Shown here in pieces: positions 1 through 8,800 of a stretch of 32,000 bases of DNA. Under the pieces are notes generated by a model. The model searched no databases. It was given only the letters and a program-made list of their open reading frames with translations, and was not told the DNA's origin. How positions within the stretch are numbered: the stretch's first letter is position 1; each line of letters begins with the position of its first letter. A program made the translations under genes and the position numbers. The DNA is from an uncultured archaeon (lineage in GTDB: Archaea; Iainarchaeota; Iainarchaeia; Iainarchaeales; 0-14-0-20-30-16). The stretch covers positions 7,340-39,339 of the forward strand of contig CAYZSS010000006.1 in assembly GCA_964480435.1 (NCBI GenBank). Reading direction: 5' to 3'.

Positions 1-580
1 TGGTTACAACTGGGGATTCAGTTGCCATAGAAATATATCTATATTCCTGTAGTTTTGTGTTGTATTTTTTTCTGCTTTTTCTTATTATGCTTCTTACGGA
101 TATTTTTTTTTCTTGTAACTGAGCTAAAAATCTTTTTGCATAATATGGCTGTCTTTCTTTAAGTTGTCCTTCTGAACCAAAAATACAATTATCTTTTCCC
201 TCTTTCACTATATCGTCAAGAATGTATTTTACTCCTTTGTTACCCTTAAATAATCTTACATTCTCTTGCAATTTTGTGGATTTATATAACTGTTGTAATT
301 CAGGCAGTATTTGTTTTATTGTATCTAATTTGTCTTTAATATAAATTTCTAAATTATTTGGATTTAATGCCTGGAAATATTTTATTTTTCCTATGACTAC
401 ATAGGATACTAATCCTTTGTGTAATAATGACTTTAAGCAATTATAAGTTGAAGTTCTATCAAGCTCGGATTCTTTTGCAATAGTACCTGCTTTGCTAGAT
501 CCTTTTCGCAATAATGCAAGGTATACTTTTGATTCTGATTTTGTTAGACCAGAGTGTTTAAGTTCATCATAATATTTCAT
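1..580 (-). CDS. TrmB-family transcriptional regulator (partial; C-terminus runs off the window edge)
   Basis: Absent from the track because there is no stop in the window. My hand translation from the ATG (complement of 578-580) stays open to position 2: MKYYDELKHSGLTKSESKVYLALLRKGSSKAGTIAKESELDRTSTYNCLKSLLHKGLVSYVV... This N-terminal winged-helix pattern matches the two other TrmB-like ORFs here. GGTGGT sits 4 nt upstream of the ATG. Confidence 0.8.
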   Translation of the reverse strand, partial: MKYYDELKHSGLTKSESKVYLALLRKGSSKAGTIAKESELDRTSTYNCLKSLLHKGLVSYVVIGKIKYFQALNPNNLEIYIKDKLDTIKQILPELQQLYKSTKLQENVRLFKGNKGVKYILDDIVKEGKDNCIFGSEGQLKERQPYYAKRFLAQLQEKKISVRSIIRKSRKKYNTKLQEYRYISMATESPVVT

Positions 581-615
581 AAATACCACCGTTTTTGTGT
601 AGTTCTTCTTATGTG

Positions 616-637
616 TGTTGTAAATATATTTACAACA
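616..637. promoter_or_regulatory. Perfect 22-bp palindrome TGTTGTAAATATATTTACAACA with a central TATA-like core, between divergent TrmB and AsnA-like genes
   Basis: Checked base by base: the reverse complement equals the sequence itself. The centre lies 46 nt upstream of the TrmB ATG (580, minus) and 62 nt upstream of the ATG at 689 (plus). The AAATATATTT core could serve as a TATA box in either direction. Confidence 0.55.
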
Positions 638-688
638 AACTGATTTATATCTGTTTAGCCTAATCTCCTAAGTTTTGGAGGTGTAAAT

Positions 689-1693
689 ATGCAAAAGCTA
701 GATTTTTTGAAAAATACTGAAAATAGATTTGAAAAGTTAAACTCAGAATTAGTAACTGCTTTAGACAGAATAAATGATTCTCTTATGTGGGGGGCGATGA
801 AATACTATAAAGACAATGGTTATACTTGGATAGAGGTCCCTACTCTTACTAAGGTGACTGGCGCTTGTGAAAACGTTAATACTTTGTATCCTGTAAATCA
901 TTTTGGAAAGGAGGCATATCTTGCACAAACGGGGCAATTATATTTGGAAACAAAAATACCTAAACACAAAAAAATATGGACTACTATTCTAAGTTCTCGT
1001 GCAGAAGAAAAAGTAGATAGCCGTCATTTAAATCAATTCTCGCTTATAGAGTTTGAACATCAGGGGGATTTTTCAACATTATTGCCTGTGATTGAAGGTA
1101 CAATTCATTCTATGATAAAAAATGCAATTTCAGAACGTAAAGCAGATTTTGAATTATTGGGCAGAGATGTGGCCGACTTAGAAAAATATCTCGCTCCGTT
1201 TAAAAGAATCTCTTATACAGATGCAATTAAATCCTTGCAAGAAAATGATTTCCAAATATATTGGGGAGATGATTTAAATCACGCTTCAGAGATGAAATTA
1301 ATAGAATTAAACAATAATCTTCCACTATTTGTTACGCACTTTCCAGAAAAAATAAAATTTTTTAATATGCGACAAAATAGAGAGGACTCCAAAGTGGTTA
1401 ATAGTGCGGATTTATTAATGCCTTATAGTGGAGAGAGTGCGGGTTCTGCTGAAAGAGAAGATAATTATGACATACTAGTTAATAGGCTAAAAAATAGTAA
1501 TATGTTTAGAGTTCTTTCAGAAAGAGGGGTAACAATTGATGCATTTAAGGAGTATTTAGATTTGATAAAAAACAATCCAATTTTACATTCTGGAGCTGGG
1601 ATTGGATTCAACAGAGTAACACAATCAATTCTAAAATTACAAGATATACGGCAAACAAATAATTATCCAATTAATGCAGAAACCTTGTACTAA
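689..1693 (+). CDS. Standalone class II aminoacyl-tRNA synthetase catalytic core, Asn/AspRS-like (archaeal AsnA-type asparagine synthetase candidate); no anticodon-binding domain
   Basis: 334 aa. AYLAQTGQLYLE resembles the AsnRS/AspRS core. SSRAEEKVDSRHLNQFSLIEFE resembles class II motif 2 (fRAE...RHL.EF...E.E). SGESAGSAERE and HSGAGIGFNRV resemble motif 3 (GxGxGxxR). There is no N-terminal OB fold. Strong SD GGAGGTG at 676-682. Confidence 0.7.
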   Translation: MQKLDFLKNTENRFEKLNSELVTALDRINDSLMWGAMKYYKDNGYTWIEVPTLTKVTGACENVNTLYPVNHFGKEAYLAQTGQLYLETKIPKHKKIWTTILSSRAEEKVDSRHLNQFSLIEFEHQGDFSTLLPVIEGTIHSMIKNAISERKADFELLGRDVADLEKYLAPFKRISYTDAIKSLQENDFQIYWGDDLNHASEMKLIELNNNLPLFVTHFPEKIKFFNMRQNREDSKVVNSADLLMPYSGESAGSAEREDNYDILVNRLKNSNMFRVLSERGVTIDAFKEYLDLIKNNPILHSGAGIGFNRVTQSILKLQDIRQTNNYPINAETLY

Positions 1694-1697
1694 AGGG

Positions 1698-1721
1698 TTT
1701 CTTTTATTTTTTTATTTTTTT
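1698..1721 (+). terminator. Oligo-T tracts after the AsnA-like gene (archaeal-type terminator)
   Basis: tttcttttatttttttattttttt lies immediately after the stop at 1693. Confidence 0.4.
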
Positions 1722-1770
1722 GCACTAAACTTTGTTTTTATTTGGCTAGAAAAAAGATATATCCATTGGT

Positions 1771-2289
1771 ATGGGAAATAAATTTATACTTCTTGCACTT
1801 ATTTGTTACATGCCTTCTTTAACTATTAAACAAGCAACAAGAGAAAACATAAAAAATCTTGATTTTATTCGCGATTGTAAACTTCCAAAACTACACGAAA
1901 AAAGATTTAAATCTCAAGATAAAGGTAAATCTAACTATTATATTTTTTATTTTGCAGGAAAACCTGTTGGGCATGTTGAGATTATTTTAAAATCAAGAAG
2001 AAAATACCATAAATATCCTCTTTTGTGCGACCTTTATGTTAAAAAAAGAGAACGAGGGAAAGGAATTGGTCATAAGATTCTAGAATTAGTAGGAAAAAAA
2101 CTAAAAAAGCAAGGATACAAATATATGGGTTTGGATGTAGAAACAAAAGAAAAAGGATTAAGAAAATTGTATGACGGCGTGGGGTTTAAATTACACAGTG
2201 GCCCACATAGACAAACCTGTATTGAAAAAGACAATAATAATAAAAAAGTTTATTTTACTATATTGCATTTAAGGAAAAAACTAATTTAA
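1771..2289 (+). CDS. GNAT-family N-acetyltransferase
   Basis: Acetyl-CoA binding motif RERGKGIGHKILELV (R/Q-x-x-G-x-G/A), then the YMGLDVE...LYDGVGFK C-terminal GNAT pattern. The true start may be the internal Met at 1810 (MPSLTIKQATRENI...). Confidence 0.75.
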   Translation: MGNKFILLALICYMPSLTIKQATRENIKNLDFIRDCKLPKLHEKRFKSQDKGKSNYYIFYFAGKPVGHVEIILKSRRKYHKYPLLCDLYVKKRERGKGIGHKILELVGKKLKKQGYKYMGLDVETKEKGLRKLYDGVGFKLHSGPHRQTCIEKDNNNKKVYFTILHLRKKLI

Positions 2290-3408
2290 TTAGTTTGTAG
2301 TATAATCCGCTAATTTGTTATCTTTTACAATTTGGAATTTTGGTTCTTTTGTAACCCCTCCAAATTCATTGAATGTTAAAAATCCTGATTCTCCTTGATA
2401 TGTGATTAAACTGTTTAGATATTCCTGAATTAATTCAGAATCTTCTGAGCCTGTTTCTTTTATTGCTTTTGCAATTAACATAACTGCATCATAAGAATTA
2501 TCTGAACTTTGGTTTGCTTCTATTCCCCATTTTTTATAAAAAGTTTCTTGGAATTTTTTACTTGGGGTAAATGGGCTTATCACAATGGTTCCTTCAAATG
2601 CCCCTATTGCATTATCTATTTTATCTTGGTCTATAAGAACAACAAAAAAAGGAACATCTAAATCAAGTTCTTTGGCTTGTTTTGCAATATAGGACATTTG
2701 TGTAAATGCAGTAATTATTAATGCATCCGGTTTAGAATCTTTTATTTTTGCAATTTCAGTAGAAAAATCTTGTTGGTCTTGGTTTGTTATAATAACTTCT
2801 GTTAATATTCCTCCAAATTCTATGGCCCCTTCTTTTCCTGCATTTGCTTGTTCGGTTTCCCAAATCTGCTTTGATCCTATTATTGCAATTCTATTGTAAT
2901 TATTATCCACAAGATATTTTGGCAAATTTTTGGAATTTATTTTATCGTTTGGCCAAAGATTAAAAGTATATCCACACTCTTTTTCTAACTCGTCTACGCC
3001 TGCTGATGGAGAAATTAAAATAATTTTATTTGTACAAGCAACGGGGGCTAAAGATCTTGCAGATGTTGACCAGTTTGGCCCGATAACAATATGTATTCCT
3101 CTTTGTTGCAAACTAGTTAGCGCTTCTATTGCTTTTTGGGGGTTGTCTGTGCCATCATCTTCAGGAACTAACTCTAACAATTTTCCATTAATTCCGCCAG
3201 CAGCATTTATTTCATCTGCTGCCATTTGTGCTCCTTTTAAAGATTGGTCTCCCTGGAAGCCCCCTGCGCCAGTAAGCATGAAAATTGTTCCAATTTTTAT
3301 TGTATCATTTGTTTCAGTTAATCCAAAAAGAGGAGTTACACTCCCAACAACAATTATTGTAATTAACCCTACTAAACAACACAAGATTATTATTATTTTT
3401 TTATTCAT
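2290..3408 (-). CDS. LivJ/LivK-type (type I periplasmic binding fold) amino-acid binding protein with N-terminal membrane anchor; no ABC permease or ATPase nearby
   Basis: N-terminal hydrophobic segment KIIIILCCLVGLITIIVVGSV. IKIGTIFMLTGAGGFQGDQSLKGAQMAADEINAAGGINGKLLELVPEDDG is the classic branched-chain amino-acid binding protein N-lobe pattern. Confidence 0.8.
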   Translation of the reverse strand: MNKKIIIILCCLVGLITIIVVGSVTPLFGLTETNDTIKIGTIFMLTGAGGFQGDQSLKGAQMAADEINAAGGINGKLLELVPEDDGTDNPQKAIEALTSLQQRGIHIVIGPNWSTSARSLAPVACTNKIILISPSAGVDELEKECGYTFNLWPNDKINSKNLPKYLVDNNYNRIAIIGSKQIWETEQANAGKEGAIEFGGILTEVIITNQDQQDFSTEIAKIKDSKPDALIITAFTQMSYIAKQAKELDLDVPFFVVLIDQDKIDNAIGAFEGTIVISPFTPSKKFQETFYKKWGIEANQSSDNSYDAVMLIAKAIKETGSEDSELIQEYLNSLITYQGESGFLTFNEFGGVTKEPKFQIVKDNKLADYTTN

Positions 3409-3455
3409 AAGGCATCCCTAAGAATCTTTGGCTGTTTTCTTCTACTTATGTGTTG

Positions 3456-3477
3456 TTGTCCCCCATAGGGGATACAA
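3456..3477. promoter_or_regulatory. GC-core imperfect palindrome TTGTCCCCCATAGGGGATACAA between the divergent binding-protein and TrmB genes
   Basis: TCCCC (3459-3463), CATA, GGGGA (3468-3472) form perfect 5-bp arms. Flanking TTGT and ACAA extend the symmetry with one indel. A GC-rich palindrome stands out in an AT-rich spacer. Confidence 0.4.
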
Positions 3478-3506
3478 ATATAATTATTTAGGTTGCTATC
3501 TTTTAC

Positions 3507-4271
3507 GTGGATACAAAAATTTTATCTGAAATTGGGTTAACTAAAGGAGAAATAAAGGTATATTTAAGCTTATTAAAATTAGGGGCAACATCTACTGGTC
3601 CATTAGCAAATGACTCTGAAGTGTCGAGATCAAAGCTATACTCAATTCTAGATAAATTAGAAAAAAAAGGTTTTGCAAACCATTTTGAAAAAAATGGAGT
3701 AAAATATTTTCAACCAATAGAACCAGAAAAAATTAAAGATTATTTAATACAAAAAGAAGATGAACTAAAAAAATTAGAAAAAAACTTTACTGCGTTTTTA
3801 CCAAAGCTAAATGAATATTATGGCAAAACAAAAATCCAACAAAAAGTAGCAATTTATCAAGGATTAAAAGGATTGAAAGTTGCACATGAGCATGTTTATC
3901 TAAAAGTGAAAAAAGGGGAGGAGTATTTGTATCTTGGTATTCCTGCAGAACAACCAGCAGAACACCATAGATACTGGCAAAAGGATCATCAGAAAAGGGC
4001 CTTACTTGGAATAAAAACAAGAATGTTATTTAACCGGGATGCAGACATAAAAACCCTGAAAAATAGAAATAATTATGGTTTAGCAGATGCAAGATATATG
4101 CCAACAGACATAATAACTCCTGCATATTTTTTAATTTACAAAGATACTGTAATGATTGGCATCGCATCATCACAGCCAATTGCAATAGAAATTATAAGTC
4201 AAGAAATTGCAGATTCTTTTAGAGCTTACTTTGAAGCCTTCTGGAAAGAATCTAAGAAGATTGGGAAATAG
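3507..4271 (+). CDS. TrmB-family transcriptional regulator
   Basis: GTG start. MDTKILSEIGLTKGEIKVYLSLLKLGATSTGPLANDSEVSRSKLYSILDKLEKKGF is a TrmB N-terminal wHTH that aligns with the two other paralogs in the window. Confidence 0.85.
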   Translation: MDTKILSEIGLTKGEIKVYLSLLKLGATSTGPLANDSEVSRSKLYSILDKLEKKGFANHFEKNGVKYFQPIEPEKIKDYLIQKEDELKKLEKNFTAFLPKLNEYYGKTKIQQKVAIYQGLKGLKVAHEHVYLKVKKGEEYLYLGIPAEQPAEHHRYWQKDHQKRALLGIKTRMLFNRDADIKTLKNRNNYGLADARYMPTDIITPAYFLIYKDTVMIGIASSQPIAIEIISQEIADSFRAYFEAFWKESKKIGK

Positions 4272-4349
4272 ATTAAGCAATAGTTTCTATTTATTCTGCC
4301 CTTTATAGTGGTTGCTTTTTTGATTTTTTCTTTCTTAGTTCGCAGAATC

Positions 4350-4409
4350 TTTCCGTTTTTTTCGGAAAGATTTAAACAAAAGTTTCCGTTTTTTTCGGAA
4401 AGGTTTAAA
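4350..4409. repeat. Two tandem copies (33-bp period) of TTTCCG-T7-CGGAAAG(A/G)TTTAAA, each a hairpin-capable palindrome followed by a TATA-like box
   Basis: Copy 1 is 4350-4376 and copy 2 is 4383-4409; 26 of 27 positions are identical. TTTCCG/CGGAAA are perfect 6-bp inverted arms around T7. The second TTTAAA (4404-4409) lies about 25-30 nt upstream of the ATG at 4434. Confidence 0.7.
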
Positions 4410-4433
4410 TGCTTTGTTGCCATATTAGTTATT

Positions 4434-5690
4434 ATGTTTGAGAATATACTAATTGAATTATATAAAAAATTTTGGTCAAGTAAAAGAATATTCATGCCGA
4501 GAAAGATCGCTTTAGATTTAGCTTCTGGAACTGAATCTTGGCTACTTACTGGCCCAAGAAGGAGTGGAAAAAGTACCTTATTATATGATATTTTTACTTT
4601 ATTGGTAAATAAAGGCAGTAATAAAACTGACTTTATCTTTGTTAATTTTGAAGATCCAACACTTACTACCTTCAAATTTGAGAACTTTGGGGAAATTTTA
4701 GCCACATATAACTCTTTATACCCTGATAAAAAGCCAATTTTGTTGTTAGATGAAATTCAACATATAACCAACTGGGAAAAATTTGTCCGAAATTTAGTTG
4801 ATAACCAATATCGTGTTTTTGTTACTGGTTCAAATTCTGGAATGCTTAGTAATAATTCAAAATCGTTGTTGGGTGGCAGATTTATACAAAAAAACATTAC
4901 TCCTTGTAGTTTTTTTGAAACTCTTTATTTTAAAGGTTATAATATAGACAAAGTAAAAATTATGTCTGAGCCAAAAATTAAAAATAATTTTAAGGGGTTT
5001 TTGGATTATGGTGGTTTTCCTGAAGTGGTTTTGAGTAATAAAAAAGAGGAAATATTAAATACTTATTTTGATCTTGCTATAAGTGATGTATTAAAAGAAA
5101 GGTCTGATTTTGAAGAATTTGAGTTGAAAACATTAATAATGAAAATAAGAGAAAATATTGGCAAAGAAGCAACTACAAACTCCTATACTTCATTTTTTAA
5201 TAGTATTAATTATAAGATAGATAAAAATAAGATTTACAAATATTTTGACGCGCTTGAGGAAAAGTATATTATTGTGCGTTTAAATCAATATCGGAAGTCA
5301 GTAAAATCACGAACCCTTGGTAAAAAAACTTATATAATAGATAATGGGTATGTTTTTTTATTTGATGTAAAACAAGATAATGGATTAAAACTCGAAAACC
5401 AAATTTTTTTAGAATTATATAAGAGAAATAAAGAAATTTATTATTATAAAAATAAATTTGAATGTGACTTTATTATAAAAGAAAAAGAAAAGGTTTCTGA
5501 AGTAATACAGGTGTCACATGAATTAAATGATGAAAACAGAAAAAGAGAAATTGGTGGTTTGCTTATGGCAATGACCGAGTTTAATCTTGGCTCTGGTCTA
5601 ATTCTTACATCTGATCAAGAACAGGTAATAAAAAAAGGGAACAAAAAAATAAAAGTAATGCCTGCTTGGAAATGGGTGCTAGAAAATTAA
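4434..5690 (+). CDS. AAA-type ATPase with C-terminal DUF4143-like nuclease-fold domain (COG1373 family)
   Basis: Walker A LLTGPRRSGKSTLL and Walker B ILLLDEIQHITNWEKF. C-terminal ECDFIIKEK...EVIQVS resembles the E.DF...E.K restriction-endonuclease-like motif. The track begins at 4308, but that extension translates the tandem repeat, so I prefer ATG 4434 (in frame, probably leaderless). Confidence 0.8.
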   Translation: MFENILIELYKKFWSSKRIFMPRKIALDLASGTESWLLTGPRRSGKSTLLYDIFTLLVNKGSNKTDFIFVNFEDPTLTTFKFENFGEILATYNSLYPDKKPILLLDEIQHITNWEKFVRNLVDNQYRVFVTGSNSGMLSNNSKSLLGGRFIQKNITPCSFFETLYFKGYNIDKVKIMSEPKIKNNFKGFLDYGGFPEVVLSNKKEEILNTYFDLAISDVLKERSDFEEFELKTLIMKIRENIGKEATTNSYTSFFNSINYKIDKNKIYKYFDALEEKYIIVRLNQYRKSVKSRTLGKKTYIIDNGYVFLFDVKQDNGLKLENQIFLELYKRNKEIYYYKNKFECDFIIKEKEKVSEVIQVSHELNDENRKREIGGLLMAMTEFNLGSGLILTSDQEQVIKKGNKKIKVMPAWKWVLEN

Positions 5691-5809
5691 TCACACCTAC
5701 TCTTCGCTTTATTTCGCGATAGAGAGATAGTATTATAAGTACTGGCTGGCCTATAATTAATATCTTTCTTTGAAGGGTAAGGGGTGAAAATACGTCTAAG
5801 TATCTGTGG

Positions 5810-8800
5810 TTGTTATTGGTGGGGGTAATTCTGCTTTTTGGAGTGGTTTTATTTTTGTCTTCAGAAAAGCAACAATCACAACAAATTTCAGCATTTAATT
5901 CAACGTTGGATAAAACTATTTTTTATGGCTCCGCAACAAATAAAGAGCAAATTTATTTTAAAAATAATTTTGCAGAACCGCTTATACTTATTTTGGCACA
6001 ACCAAAAAGTTTAGCAGAAAAAATATCACAAATAAAAATATATACAAAAAATAAATTGCAAATTTTGGATAATGACCCAGTCATTTCAATAAAACAAGAT
6101 GGAAATCTTGAAGATATTAATTTAGAAATGGTTTATACTTCTTCTACTAAAAAAACATCTTCTTTTTGTGTGCTTTTACCGCAATCGTTTTTTCAAGATT
6201 TTTCTGAAGAACAAACTCTGGCATTTACTGAGAAAATAAAAAACTATTCTTTATTAGATATTAATTATAGTCAAACTCAAATTCTTGAACAAGAGACAGC
6301 AACAAAACTAACAACTTTTTTTAATGAAAATCAAGAACTTAATTTATCAGAAACTAAAAAGACAAATTTAATTTTATTTGAAGATGGCCACGGGATTTCT
6401 GATTCTGAAAAGTTGTTATATGATTCTATAATTAATTTAAAACAAAGTAACCCTGTTGAGTATTATTTACAAGAAGGAAAACAAACACAAATTACTTCTT
6501 ATTTGCAAAATATTGCTAATAATCAAATAGAAAAAGGGCCAACTGATTTTGAAACCTTAAATAATGTTTTAAAATGGGTTTATCATTTTGCAACAATTCC
6601 TGCGAATCAATTATGTGGTTCAAATAATTGTTGTACATTTGATTCTGATTGTCCTCAGGGTTTTCCTCTTAAAGTAAGTGTTACCGCCGATGTTATTGCG
6701 CATAAAATTAATTATCAATCGTGCCATGACTATGCCTTATTATTTGTAACTTTATTGCGTGCTAAAGATATTCCTGCAAAATTTGTTCAAACAGTTGATG
6801 AAGCCTGGTTAAATTCGGCCCTTTACTTAAATAAAATTGGAAAAGATAATGGTGGGTCTTTTATTGAGGTAACTAAAAAAGGAGGATATTCTGCAAGTTA
6901 CCATATTAATGATGTTATTGCTGGTATTGAGGGGGTAGGGCAATGTAGTAATACAAATGTTGAATTAAAAATAAGCAATATTTTATTTCAAGACGAAAAA
7001 TATGCTGTTCAATTAGATTTGTTCTGTAATAATATAAAGATTGGGGATACAGTAACGCATTTTGTAAATGATTTTTTACTGGCCGATTCATTAGGCCAAT
7101 ATACAAAAAATAGTAGTATGGTAAACCATGGTATTACTGAAATTTTTATAAATAATAACTGGCAAATTATAGATCCTCAATTAATTGTTTTTAATCCTCC
7201 AACAAACCAATCAAACCCAACAGATTTTATGGTAATACCTAAAAGAACTGGAAATATAGTAAAATCATATGGGGATAATATGCAAGTAATTATGGGGGAA
7301 GACTTAGATGCTTGGGCTTTAGGGTGGCACAGTATTTCTGATATTATCTCCGCTACGAAAACAACCTATTTTAAGAAAGAAAAATCAGGGGTTTCTTCAG
7401 AAGTATTTGATAAATTTATGGACTTGCTTGACGTCCCTGCTGGCTTAATAAATGGGTCAACAAAGTCATCAACAGAACAGGATGCAAATTCAGAAGCGAT
7501 TATAACTCAAATTTCTAAAAATTCTGTGAGCAATGATAGAAACGAATTATTACAAAAGTATCCTTGGCCTGATAAAATTGAGGTGGGGTTGTCTCCTAAT
7601 AATCCAACAGTTATAATAGAAAGATGGGTTGTAAATCAGAATTTAACTGATCCTTTTGTTACTGATTCTGCACTCCCTGGAAGTATACAAATAAATGGTA
7701 AACCAGTTAATTTTAATGTCAACTCTAATATTGATATAAAAATTTTAGATGAAGAAAATGATTCAAGTGAATTTGGAACAGAACCATATAAACTAAAAAT
7801 AACTTTAAGCTATTCTGATTTTTTTAGTCAAGAACAAGATTTGCCGATAACTTTGGATAAAAATATTCAACTTGATTATGGCTTGTTTGGCAAGGGTTTG
7901 TCTCCAGTCATTGAACTGAAAATAAATTTAAATGACTCTGGAGTAATTTTATATGCAAAACCAGAATTAAATTCGTTAATAAAGGATTATGCATATAAAA
8001 AAGGATGGGATATGCTTCTTGTTCCAAAAATTGATCCAATTAAATTCTTGGATTCTGAACTTTTTGATATAAATTATGACAATAAGACCTATACTCTAAA
8101 AAATGGGAACACAATTGAGGCAAAATTCTATGATGCTGGTTATGGGTATACCGGTATTTTTGTTAAGGGAGGAAATATATCTTTTGGTATTGTTTCTGGG
8201 CTTATAAAAACTATCCCTGAATTGGGGGCGAAGTTTGAAGTTACTGGCGATTGGAAGCTAAAAGTATCAACTGTTAGGGATAAATCTGATGGGTTCTATG
8301 TAGACCCCAATCCTTTATTTAAATTAAGATCAAAGATAATTTCTCAATATGCTCAAAAACCATTTAATTATTTGTTTATAGTTGCTGATGAAAATGAAAT
8401 TCCTATGGAAGATGAATTTGGTTTGATTCCTATTAAAGATCCATTAGACACAAAGAATGAAATTCTAGATAATGCAATTTATGGTAATATCGATTCAGAC
8501 CCTTTTTTGGAGTTATCTGTTGGAAGACTGCCAAGCTCAGATTATAACTATGTATCTGAATATTTTTTACAAAATTTAAAATATGTGCCCCCTGAAAACC
8601 CCCTTTTTAGTTTTATAGGTAATTATGATACTAATGACCCAATAAAGATTTCAAAAGAACAGGTTTTGTTGTACTACCCTTTTACAGGTATGAGTCCCAA
8701 TAAAAATTATAGTGCTGACTTGCAGGGAAATAATAATTTAATATTTAAGCCAGATGTAGACAAATTTAACGAAATAACGGATAGATCAGATTACATTACT

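Noticed and set aside
2930-3421. 163-aa plus-strand ORF antisense to the binding-protein gene
   Set aside because: It lies almost wholly inside a well-supported minus-strand gene (only its last 13 nt extend past the gene start). Its product is low-complexity with no start context. This is a typical shadow ORF.
3436-3458. Shared TTCTTCT..TATGTGT(GT)TGT stretch upstream of two minus-strand genes (also at 604-622), and a mirror-like version at 27081-27107
   Set aside because: The similarity is short, pyrimidine/TG-rich and partly mirror rather than inverted symmetry. I cannot distinguish it from compositional bias without genome-wide statistics.
4308-4433. N-terminal 42-aa extension of the ATPase ORF
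   Set aside because: It is produced by translating the tandem palindromic repeat (FPFFSERFK twice). COG1373-type proteins start close to the Walker A, and ATG 4434 fits a leaderless promoter.
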